From: Anolis carolinensis
Lineage: Eukaryota
Assembly: GCF_035594765.1 (NCBI RefSeq)
Contig: NC_085844.1
Location: forward strand, 13,593,923-13,657,922
DNA length: 64,000 nt
Reading direction: 5' to 3'
This document shows, one piece after another, positions 38,672 to 49,756 of the stretch (position 1 is its first letter; each line of letters opens with the position of its first letter). The notes under the pieces were generated by a model. It was not told the origin of the DNA. It ran no database searches and was given only the letters and a program-made list of their open reading frames with translations. A program made the translations under genes and the position numbers.

Positions 38672-39439
38672 GTGAGTTTTAAAATGTTTCCATTATTACC
38701 GAGCTATATTTACACTGTTCTTTGTTTTTAATATTATTCGCTGGTTTGAATCTCTTTTAAGAGAGAAAAGTTGACATATGCCTATGGTATATGTGTGCTA
38801 CTTGTCCATTGCTTTTCTAAAGTCTTCTCAAAGTGGAAGATGCCACACGAATATTAAATGACCTTTAGCTTACTGTTGATTTACCTCTGATTTTGTCAGC
38901 CTGCTCTTTTATAATGAAACAGCCTTATTTTATTCCTATCTGTCTGCTTATCTATCTAATTAGCTAGCCATTTATGCTGTGCCATTTTAATGCTCAGAAG
39001 CGTTTGCAAGAATAGAAATAGAACAGCATCAATAACATAGAGGAGATGCTTCCTCTAACAGCTGTACAGTTGTGTTAGACGTGGTTGAAACAAAAGCAGA
39101 GGGATTAATTAGCTTGCTTCTTGGGTTAATTCTGCTTAAGAGGCCAGTATGATTTAACCTCATTTATACAAACATGTAACTGGAGTATTCATTTCCCATT
39201 AGCTTCTCTTTTTTTTACAAACCTTCTTGTTCTGGAGGATATATACGCTCAACAAGGCCTGTTAAATCTTCCGATTAAATTGTATGGTACACTTTAGCCT
39301 TCAATAATCTGCTCTGTGGCCAGAATTAGATGGTTATGTCAATGGGTTAAGGAATATTAACACAATTCCAGACTAGGCAGACTTTTGGTATAACTCAGCA
39401 TGGCCCTTCGTATGTTCTTATTCTTGTACCATAACTTTC

Positions 39440-39880
39440 ATGCCCATTTGAAGGAGAGGATTCAGGGGCTCGGAGAAGCCAATAACAGAAATGGTAAAAG
39501 GCCTTAAAACCCTATGAGAAGCGGCTTAAGAAGCTGGGTAGGTTTAGCCTGGAGAAAAGAGGCTTAAAAGAGGACATGATAGCCTTGTTTAAATATTTGA
39601 AAGGATGTCACATTGAGGAGGGAGATACCTTGTTTTCAGCTGTTTCAGAGACAAGAACAGAGAGCAATGGATTCAGATTGTGAGAAAAGATATTCCATCT
39701 GAATATTAGGAAGAACGTCATGTTAAGAGCAGTGAAATGTGCTGTTTCTAGTGGAATATCTTTCTCTGGAGGTTTTTCAAAAGAGGCTGGATGGCTATCT
39801 GGCAGGAGTGCTTTGATTGTGTCTTCCTGAATGGTAAAAGTTGGAATGGATTACCTTTGTGGTCTCTTCCTACTCTGTGA
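39440..39880 (+). mobile_element. CR1 LINE 3' fragment
   Basis: CCCTATGAGAAGCGGCTTAAGAAGCTGGG..TTTAGCCTGGAGAAAAGA, TTTAAATATTTGAAAGGATGTCA and CR1 tail. Confidence 0.8.
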
Positions 39881-40237
39881 GTCTACATTTCTCACAATAT
39901 AGATCATTGAAGGAGAAAATATGGGCTTCGGATATACTTGGACTACCATCCCCATGATTTGTCACCACTGGGGACTGATGGGTGCTGCAGTTGGGTTATT
40001 TGGGATTGACATATTTTGATATATTAAAAGTATTAATATAAAACATATTAATATAAAATTATTATTTATCGTTTAAAATTGATTTTCTTATAAACCACCC
40101 TCAGACAGGAGCAGGCATATAAATATTTTAATTACAAATGAATAAAATATAAGGCCTCTTCCTGTTCATGGAAAGATGTTACCACTAGAAGCATGAAAAC
40201 AATACGTCCATTAACTTTTGGTCTCTCATTCAAATAG

Positions 40238-40313
40238 AGTCTACTGTAATAAGAAATGAGCTCTACCCCATGATCCTGCTGTCCATGTGTTTGATCATTT
40301 CTCTCTGTGTAAG
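40238..40313 (+). CDS. TMEM71: TMEM71 exon (TM1): (E)STVIRNELYPMILLSMCLIISLCV(R)
   Basis: Matches recalled ILLAVCLIISACAR; AG|GTAAAT donor; in phase. Confidence 0.85.
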
Positions 40314-41588
40314 GTAAATGGCATTATATATAACACTTCTCATATATAAATCCATATAGTGTTTGGAATCCTGTTGGTATCTTATGTTTGTGTAGATTCC
40401 CCTACAGAAGTGTTTTTGTGTTGGAGTCTCCTTCTCCAACATAAATAGAGGCTGAATGGCCATCTGTCGGGAGTGATTTGATTGTGTCTTCCTACATGGC
40501 AGAATGGGGTTGGGATGGATGGCCTTTTGGGTCCCTTCCAACTATATAATTGTATGGGGAGGGAAATTCTCAGCCTCACAATTTTGTTGTAGCCTATTCT
40601 ATATATCATGTAAATATTAGTGAACAACGTGGTCTTGAACAGGTAGTGTAGGCCATTAGATGTATAAGAGACTGCTAGACCTGTTTGACTGATGTTCAGC
40701 GATATCAAGATTTGTGGATCCTGTTTTGGCAAATATCTATAGGACCTTTAGGACTCTGCTACTGTTGGAAATGGCAACCTGCTTCAAGCCTCCACTAGTA
40801 ATTTGTTATGTATATACTTCAGATTGCTTACTCTATTGCACGTGTGTGTATTGGTGTGCAGTTTTCCTTAACTCTATGTTGTGGGAGGGACTGCAGACCA
40901 CATGACCATATCTGGGATTGTTCAGGACTCAGATTCCATTTTTGAACAGTATGCTTAGAGATTTCAGTAGAAATGTATGTATGCTTTAGACTTCAGTAGG
41001 AACAGTATACTTAGATGTATGCTTTTAGAAGACTGTAGGAACAGTATGCTATACAGAAACTATTAGACTTTCTAAGAAAGATGCACTGTGTTACCTACAC
41101 AGAGATAATACTTCAAATCCTATCTGTAACTGGATTGATATGCAAAGTACCTGTATGCTGAATACATGAAGTTTGTGAGTAAACCAACTGTGTTACTTTT
41201 AAAGAAGTCTGCTTATTTTTGTCTCGTATTAAACCAAGATGTTTTAAGGGAGAGTAGATGTTTTTGGGCAACTAAAAGAACATTTCTGAAACTCTTCTAT
41301 ATACATATGTGTGTGTGTTTTTTGTGCACTGGCATATCTTTGCCCTGACCATTCAAAGAGATATCTGGGTGCATCAGTTTAACAGCTGAGAAAGCTAATT
41401 GCCTTGCATGAATGCCATTTCCCCAAAAGGTTATGGAATCATTTTTTCAAAAGGTTGAGACTTCTATGATTTCCAAAGATCATAAAATCTCCAAAAGGTT
41501 GTGGAGATTTCCATTTTCCAAAAGCTACTGCAGCTGGAATTGGACCCTTGGCTTGAAACTGACAATAAAAGTATTCTTGTGATTCCAG

Positions 41589-41653
41589 ATTCTTCTTGGG
41601 AGTGTTCCTTCCTGCTCTGCTAACCTGCTCACTATTGGTCATCATTTTGATTT
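41589..41653 (+). CDS. TMEM71: TMEM71 exon (TM2): (R)FFLGVFLPALLTCSLLVIILI
   Basis: Hydrophobic, matches the WFMG.IL..VFTCSL pattern; ttccag acceptor, GTAAGC donor; in phase. Confidence 0.8.
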
Positions 41654-42199
41654 GTAAGCCAACTTTTCCTTATTCTCCGGAGATGGTAATTTTGCATATT
41701 GCCTTCAAAGGATCTAATTCTCCAAAAGCGAGATCTTTGTGATGTGCCCATTAAAGTATTCGTGTTATTGCCATTCATGTTAATAAAGCTTTTAACTGTC
41801 TGAAGTTTTAAATGTTATATGGAAAAAAAGTAAGAATTGGTCACAGACTCACAGATTTAACAAACGTTCTTTATGAAATTGCTACTTGTGGATTGAGAGA
41901 ACGGGGTATAATGTCACTGTAGTGATGAAATCACTCCAGCTTTTAGTTTGAACTCTAAATGCATTGTTTGAGCTGCTAAAACTGATTCCCAAAATAAGTT
42001 AAGTACCTTGGATAGTTCCTGAACTGATTCTACCCATGGATATTGGCACCATCAATTGACACTGCTCCTTCCTCAAGAGTGGCTGAAAATTATTTATTTG
42101 GCTTGTCTTTTTTCTTTTTAAAAAGGGTCATTACTCATGTATATATTTATGTCTTTAGTTGTGCTTTGGCATAACTGTTTCCCACCTCTTTTCCACCAG

Positions 42200-42267
42200 G
42201 TTCACCAGCGGTTTTGTGCAATTCCCCGGTAAATATCAACTATGGTCCTTCTGTGCATCCGACATAA
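42200..42267 (+). CDS. TMEM71: candidate TMEM71 terminal coding exon: (C)SPAVLCNSPVNINYGPSVHPT*
   Basis: Strong acceptor cccacctcttttccaccag, in phase, TAA stop; no recognisable homology; downstream AATAAA at ~42705 and ~43320. Confidence 0.45.
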
Positions 42268-43679
42268 GATAGTCATCACATTCCTTTGGGAGGTCATTTC
42301 TTTTCATATTATTCTGTAATCTTTTCATTGGAAAACATTGTTAAAAGTGATTTAACAAGCTACAATTTTGTTAAGAATTTTCACAATATACTAGCTTGGA
42401 GAAGCCATTGTGTTTTAGAAAAAAGCCTACTTCACAAGAATGTTGTAAGATTAAAAGACCACGCAAGGAAGAAAAGAATACACATATTTGATAAATAATG
42501 ATGCCAAGCATATAGTCCAGCTTTGCCAAAGTTATTCTATCCTTGGGCTATTGTGTTTTCAATGTAGAGAAGATCACGTTTTTTGTATTATTTATCTGAT
42601 ATACCTGTAATTCCATAACCCAAGGAAGGGCAGATTTAAGTATGGGAAATCTACATCTGAATATATTACCAGAATCTCAATACCAGGTGACAAATACAGC
42701 TAGAAATAAAATATTACTGCACTCAGAAATATATTTTGATTATTAAAACTGAACCGAGCTCATGAGTCTTTCCATACACAAACCCACTCTTGGATACCTC
42801 CCGTCCCTGCTTTATTTTTTTCAAGGTTATACATGTTTTGGAGTATCCTTTTATTGCTGCTGAATGTAATCAACTGGAAGGAAGAAAACTTTGGCAGTAT
42901 ACTGCCATTCACCCAGCAGTCTATCCATAATCTAGATTCTGTCCTTGAATATGAGCTCCACAGGTAGACGAACAAAGGCAAGCAAAACTCCCTGTTTAAT
43001 GATTCCCAAATTCCCTTTAGAGCCCAAAAGCCTAGAGATTTGGGGCAAGAGTCATCTACAAATCCCCTCCTAGCACCACAAACACCAGCCACTTTTAGTC
43101 TTACCGAAGAAAGTGGGGTATCAACAACAACAACAAAAACAACAACTGAAAATGTTGCATTGTAATGTGCAACAACTGAAAATGTGCATCCTCACAGACG
43201 TGGAATAATTGGCTACCATCCACACCACCGTTGCTGCATCTAGCCAGTTATCACTGCAGACAAATCTCATCGTGAAAGTATGTATTACAGTATTTTTGTA
43301 CCTGAAATATCTATTTCACAATAAAGACATTGATTTAATAGGCTCAATATAGTGGAAATATTTTTTTTTCACAGAGGTTGCACATTGGACTACAGTTCTG
43401 GAGAGCAGGCTTTGAATTTTTGCTTGGCCATGAAATCCACTTGGGCAAGTCTCTCTCTCTCTCAGAGGAAGGTGATAGTAAACCTCTTGAGAATAAATCT
43501 TGCCTTAGGGTTGCCATAGATTGAAAATTACTGAAAAGAACACAAGAAAAACAAGAACAACAAAGCTGCGGTGGCAAAATGACTTTTTTATTGCTATGTT
43601 TTTATATTGTCTTGTGTCTGGGCTTGGTCCCATGTAAGCTGCCCCGAGTCCCTTCGGATAGATGGGTCGGGGTGTAAAA

Positions 43680-43726
<47 letters not shown>

Positions 43727-43729
<3 letters not shown>

Positions 43730-43960
43730 GGGCTAAACCACTGTGTCTGCTGAACTGCTGACCTGAAAATCAGTGGTTCAGATCGGCAAGATAGGGTGAG
43801 CTTCCATCTGTCAGCCCCAGCTTTCCATGCAGGGACATGAGAGAGGCCTCCCACAGGATGGTTACACATCTGGGAGTCCCCTGGGCAACATCTCTGTAAA
43901 CGGCCAATTCTCTCACACCAGAAGTGACTTGCTTGCTTCCGACATGGTAAAAAAAAAAAG
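43727..43960 (+). mobile_element. Anolis SINE2-type tRNA SINE, after an L2 tail and (TAA)n
   Basis: Same body as 21901-22153; ends TTCCGACA..A-tail. Confidence 0.75.
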
Positions 43961-45170
43961 GCTTGGGTTCTGGGCAAAGAGGAATTATTTCATTCTAAAA
44001 CAATGGCACCAAGCACAGAATCATTTCAGTTTTGCATATCACAACCAAATTTGATATGATGAGCAAAAGCCTGATGACCAAGATTAATAAGGAGTCGCTA
44101 CTTTTAATATCAGTTCATTTTTTCTATTCCTTTTGTTATCCAAAACTTTGTCGAGTTGGCACGGTAACACAGTAACAGAATGTACGCTTTGCATTCAATA
44201 TACGATTGCAAAAAAGCAAACATCCATCCATCATTGGGAAATGTCTTTATTAAGGCACAAAATGTCACAAAGGTGCTCCAGCGATCACGCTCCCCAAAAC
44301 TCATTAGGCCAGGCAATAAAAAGTGAGATGCTGGAGAAGAAAAAGGAGAGCGTTCAGCCAGGTTTCCTGGCCCTGAGGCTGGCAGCTAAATTTAGTTCCA
44401 AAATGGATCTTGCAGAAAGAATGCGTCTTTGGTAAGTGGAAAGGTAATAGATTAGATTCAGCAATTTAAACTGAGATTGGAACTTCAAAGCAGTGCATGA
44501 TTCCTGCCTGGCTAAAAAATGCAGTTCACGACATCCAGCTGTTTCAATTTAGCTTAGAGAACTGTTACTTGTTCTGTGGCTTTGAAAAGTCCCAGAACTT
44601 TATTGCACGAGGGGAGAAAACCAGCATTCTACATCCCACCAAGTGCATCTGCCGTGATAGAATGCTATGGAACCCTAGGAGTTATGGTTTGGAGAGAAAA
44701 GGCTGAAGACCTTGTGAAACTACAACTCCCAAGACTCCATAGCATTGAGCCATGGCAGTTTATGGGGTTTCAAATGGCATCAATTCTACAGTATAGATTA
44801 AACATGGGCAAACTTGGGCCCTCCAGGTGTTTTGGACTCCAACTCCCACAATTCCTAACAGCCGGTAGGCTGTTAGGAATTGTGGGAGTTGAAGTCCAAA
44901 ACACCTGGAGGGTCCAAGTTTGACCATGCCTGGACTAGCTATTGTTTACTAGGTTTTTAACAGCACTTTAAACAAGTTAATCAAAGAAAGAAAAAGCATT
45001 TAAAGCTATTGTATACAACGTTTTAAAAACATTTGATACTTTATGAATGAAGACATTATTAAAACAATATATTACATGATTTTATTTTATTTTTCCACTT
45101 TTTTGTCCATCAGCAATCCTTAATTTAGAGGAATTGTATCAAAAGGTTCAGTGCAGTTTGAGAATCCCTT

Positions 45171-45560
45171 TATTAATGTGGGATTTGTGTATTGGTAGTG
45201 TTTAAATGAAATTCGTGTCTTGTCTGTATTGCATACTGATTGCATCATCCAGAGTGTACTATAGTCTGGAAAGAGTTAATTGCTAAGAAGCTGTGATGTC
45301 CTTGATGTGTGGCTGGAACTGGGGAGTGTCCAGACACAAGTGTGTGTGCATTGCTGATTGCATCAGTTCAGTTCTGTGTTGAGTTCTGTCTACCTAGAGT
45401 GAAAGTCAAGTCCTGTGTTCATCTGCAAGTCTGTTTGTCTTGATTATTACTGCTTACAGTAAAACTTTGTATATAGTTTTACTAACGTCTCTGCTTGTCA
45501 CTTCGTTCTGCGTTCCACTGATTCCATCCAACTACTGCTGTGCTGCAAATTACTCTGACA
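45171..45560 (+). mobile_element. solo LTR (390 bp)
   Basis: 5-bp TSD CCCTT on both sides; termini TATTA (probably mutated TGTTA) ... TGACA; AGTAAA poly(A)-like signal at ~45458. Confidence 0.7.
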
Positions 45561-45659
45561 CCCTTCCCTGGAAAACTAAAAATGTTCTAAAATGGTCCAC
45601 ATGGATGGCTGAGATAATGATTCCATTGCTTTTTGATCCTATGGTAAAGGAGATAAACT

Positions 45660-46640
45660 TTGTTGCTGTGAGTTTTCCGGGCTGTCTGGCCATGTTCCAG
45701 AAGCATTCTCTCCTGACGTTGCGCCCACATCTACGACAGGCATCCTCAGAGGTTGTGAGTTCTGCTGGAAACCAGACAAGTGGGGTTTATATACTGTATC
45801 TGTGGAATGATCTCCAGGGTGGGAGAAAGAACTCTGGTGTTTGGGAGGCAAGTGTGAATGTTGCAATTGGCCAACTTGATTAGCATTGAATAGTCTGGCA
45901 GCTTCAAAGCCTGGCTGCTTTTTGCCTGGGGGAATCCTTTGTTGGGAGATGTTAACTGGCCCTGATTGTTTCTTGTCTGGAATTCCCCTGTTTTCTTTAT
46001 GCTAGTCTTTATTTACTGAGGGCCCCTGGTGGTGGCACAGTGTGTTAAAGTGCTGAGCTGCTGAACTTGCGGACCAAAAGGTCCCAGGTTCAAATCCCGG
46101 GAGTGGAACGAGCGCCCGCTGTTAGCCCCAGCTCCTGCCAACCTAGCAGTTCGAAAACATGCAAATGTGAGTAGATCAATAGGTACCGCTCTGGCGGGAA
46201 GGTAACAGCGCTCCATGCAGTCATGCCGGCCACATGACCTTGGAGGTGTCTACGGACAATGCCGGCTCTTCGGCTTAGAAATGAAGATGAGCACCAACCC
46301 CTAGAGTTGGTCAGGACTGGACTTAACGTCAGGAGAAAACCTTTACCTTCACCTTATTTACTTACAGATTTTAGAGTTTTTTAATACTGGTAGTCAGATT
46401 GCATTCATTTTCATGGTTTCATCCTTTCTGCGTCAGATAGATAAAGAGTTCTTTCCCCCACCCTGGACATTATTCCACAGATATATAAACCCCACTTGCC
46501 TAGTTTCCAACATATCTCGCAACCTCTGAGGATGCCTGCCATAGATGTGGGCAAAACTTCAGGAGAGAATGCTTCTGGAACATGGCCATACAGCCCAGAA
46601 AACTCACAGCAACCCAGTGATTCCGGCCATGAAAGCTTTT
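45660..46640. mobile_element. Penelope-like element with inverted pseudo-LTR, interrupted by a Sauria SINE
   Basis: Minus-strand Penelope 45660-46430 (split by the SINE) followed by a plus-strand copy ~46440-46640. Confidence 0.8.
46018..46353 (+). mobile_element. full-length Sauria SINE
   Basis: A box GGTGGCACAGTGTG, B box GGTTCAAATCC, tail ACCTTTACCTT; 9-bp TSD TTATTTACT (46009-46017 and 46354-46362). Confidence 0.92.
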
Positions 46641-46641
46641 G

Positions 46642-46908
46642 ATTATTATTATTATTATTATATGTCACAGCAAACAAGATAGATATGCTGGATTTCGTAT
46701 CACAAAATCACAAGTCGAACACTTCCCAAGTGTTTAGGATTGTGTGATGTATTTTCGGATGATGCATGCAGATCCCAGTAGGGTGGCCTTTTGGAGTTGG
46801 CAGATTGTAATTTTGTCAATGTCTATTGTTTCCAAATGCCAGCTGAGATCTTTTGGCATGGCACCCAATGTGCCAATCACCACCGGAACCACCTGTACTG
46901 TTTTCTGC

Positions 46909-46950
<42 letters not shown>
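46642..46950 (-). mobile_element. R4/Dong 3' fragment flanked by (TTA)n
   Basis: Near-identical to 48635-48890; (TTA)n on both sides. Confidence 0.85.
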
Positions 46951-47069
46951 GCTACTTTTTATCTCCTTACAGGGAATAAAACAGCAACATTTCAATATTT
47001 TATTTGTCTGTTTTTTTTATTGTATTGCTTTTTAAGTAATGATTTGCTTTAGGACAATAAAGATGTTTA

Positions 47070-47625
47070 ACATCTTTATTAATGACTTAGATGAAGGATT
47101 AGAAGGCACGACCATCAAGTTTGCAGACAACATCAAATTGGGAGGGAGAGCCAATACTCCAGAAGACAGGAGCAGAATTCAAAACGATCTTAGCAGATTA
47201 GAGATATGATTGCCCAAAACTAACAAAATGAAGTTCACCAGGGACAAATGCAAGATACTCCACTTAGGCAGAAAAAAAAATGAAATGCAAAGATACAGAA
47301 TGGGGGATGCCTGGCTTGACAGCAGTACGTGTGAAAAAGATCTTGGAGTCCTCTTGGGGAACAAGTTAAACATAAGCCAGCAATGTGATGTGGCTGCTAA
47401 GAAAGCCAATGGGATTTTGGCCTGCATAAAGAACTTCCTGTGAGAGCTGTTCAGCAGTGGAACTCTCTGCCCCGGACTATGGTGGAGGCTCCTTTTTTGG
47501 AGGCTTTTAAGCAGAGGATGGATGGCCATCTGTCGGGGGTGCTTTGAATGCGATTTTCCAGCTTATTGGCAGAATGGGGTTGGGCTGGATGGCCCACGAG
47601 GTCTCTTCCAACTCTATGATTCTAT
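47070..47625 (+). mobile_element. CR1 LINE fragment (RT C-terminus and 3' tail, internally deleted)
   Basis: KFADNIKLGG, NKMKFTRDKCKILHLG, CEKDLGVL...QQCDVAAKKANGILACI; tail TTCCAACTCTATGATTCTATGA. Confidence 0.9.
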
Positions 47626-47646
47626 GACACAATCCTGGGGGAATAA

Positions 47647-47689
<43 letters not shown>

Positions 47690-47976
47690 TTATATTTATT
47701 TATCTCCGCAAAGGGGACTCAAAGCAGCTTGATATTAGCATACAATTTAAAATATATAAAATTGAAAACATCAAAATAGAATTAAACACAAGCAGTATTT
47801 TTTAAAAATTTCAGTTAAATTCCATCAAAGCGGTTAAAAATCACAGGATATAAATAAAATAATGATCATAGTAAATAGTTTCATATGACCTTCAGGCTAT
47901 GTGTACAAGAAACATTAATGAATTGAGTAGTTAGGCTCCCATCTTCAAGCTATCTCATTTTGTATATTACAAATAT

Positions 47977-48039
<63 letters not shown>

Positions 48040-48129
48040 GCCTGACATTCAAAATACTTCTGGTCTCAGGCATTTCGGATAAAAGGAGATTCAAGAAAGA
48101 AAGAGTCAGGAAATGCTTGGTGTCGTTTG

Positions 48130-48345
48130 GAGACCGGAAGTTAATGAGGTCTGCCTCTCACTTTGATCACTTTGCCTCTTTGCGCCGAGGCTCCGCCCCT
48201 TTCGCCAACCGCCATTAACGGACGCGGCGCCCGGTTGCCATGGCAACCAAAGGCGCCGCGTCCGTTATTGGCGGTTGGCGAAAAGGTTGCCGTGGCAACC
48301 GTGTACCGCGTCCGTTATTGGCTGTCGGCGAAAGAGAGCTGAGAA
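48130..48345 (+). promoter_or_regulatory. DNAAF11: DNAAF11/LRRC6 CpG promoter with two RFX X-boxes, MYB-type, CCAAT, GC-box and ETS motifs
   Basis: GGTTGCCATGGCAACC (48233-48248), GGTTGCCGTGGCAACC (48285-48300), CCGTTATTGG x2, CTCCGCCCC (48191-48199), ACCGGAAG (~48133-48140); directly upstream of ATG 48358. Confidence 0.88.
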
Positions 48346-48357
48346 AAGGAAGCAGCC

Positions 48358-48367
48358 ATGGTGCGAA
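48358..48367 (+). CDS. DNAAF11: DNAAF11/LRRC6 coding exon 1: MVR(I)
   Basis: GCAGCCATGG Kozak, 10 coding nt, A|GTAAGC donor, in phase with exon 2. Confidence 0.88.
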
Positions 48368-48634
48368 GTAAGCCGCCCTCTTTCTTGGAAGTTGTAGTTT
48401 TACAAGGTTTCTCACCTCCCTTGCCTTGAGGCATGGCAGTGAAAGTGGTACCAAGCTGCATTAATTCTACAGTGTAGCTCCATCTTCATATGTATCTTTT
48501 ATAGAAAGACATTTCAATACGTTTATTGGTGGTATATTTACAATATGTATGTGTTTTCATTATTCTGTAACTCGCCTCCAGCCATGAAATACAGTGATAA
48601 ATGCAATTATTATTATTATTATTATTATTTTATT

Positions 48635-49550
48635 ATGACACAGCAAACAAGATAGATATGCTGGATTTCGGATCACAAAATCACAAGTCGAACACTTCTC
48701 AAGTGTCTAGGACTGTGTGATGTATTTTCGGATGATGCGTGCAGATCCCAGTCGGGTGGCCTTTTGCAGTTGGCAGATCGTAATTTTGTCAATGTCTATT
48801 GTTTCCAAATGCTGGCTGAGATCTTTTGGCATGGCACCCAGTGTGCCCATCACCACCGGGAGCACCTGCATTGGTTTCTGCCAGAGTCTTTGCAGTTCAA
48901 TCTTGAGGTCCTGATAGCGGCTGAGTTTTTCCTGTTGTTTTTCGTCAATGCGACTGTCACCTGGGATGGCAACATCAATGATCCAAACCTTTTTCTTTTC
49001 CACAACTGTGATGTCTGGTGTGTTGTGTTCCAGAACTTTGTCAGTCTGGATTCGGAAGTCCCACAGTATCTTTGCGTGCTCATTTTCCAATACTTTTGCA
49101 GGTTTGTGATCCCACCAGTTCTTTACTGCTGGGAGGTGGTACTTGAGGCATAAGTTCCAATGAATCATTTGGGCCACATAGTTGTGCCTCTGTTTGTAGT
49201 CTGTCTGTGCGATTTTCTTACAGCAGCTGAGGAGATGATCAATGGTTTCGTTGGTTTCCTTGCACAGTCTGCATTTTGGGTCATCAGCTGATTTTTCAAT
49301 CTTGGCCTTAATTGCATTTGTTCTGATGGCTTGCTCCTGGGCTGCAAGGATCAGGCCTTCTGTCTCCTTCTTCAGGGTCCCATTCGTGAGCCAGAGCCAG
49401 GTCTTCTCCTTATCAGCTTTTCCTTCAATTTTGTCAAGGAACTTTCCATGCAATGTTTTGTTGTGCCAGCTGTCAGCTCTAGTTTGTAGTGTGGTTTTCT
49501 TGTACTGATTTTTTGTCTGCTGTGCTTTGAGGAGTTTCTGATTTTTGACT
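48635..49550 (-). mobile_element. R4/Dong-clade non-LTR retrotransposon 3' fragment with open ORF (CCHC knuckle + restriction-like endonuclease)
   Basis: ORF 48707-49453: CRLC...ETIDHLLSCC, RHN, PDI....KKVWIIDVAIP...EKLSRY; frame stays open to the truncation point; (TTA)n on both flanks. Confidence 0.92.
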
Positions 49551-49756
49551 ATTATTATTATTATATTATATATAGAATAATTATATTTAATATAATTATA
49601 TAAATATTATTATGGAACTGCGATGGTTTTATATGTTTTAGTTGAGTTAATCTGTATTGTTTTTAATACTAATGATGTTTAATACAGTTTTAATATTTGT
49701 ATATTTTTAAATGGGATACCAATGCCTTTATGTCAAGCTGCTTTGCGTCCCCTTTT

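Noticed and set aside
40945-41070. Degenerate repeats of GAACAGTATGCTTAGA
   Set aside because: Irregular decayed minisatellite with no constant repeat-spacer structure; not CRISPR-like.
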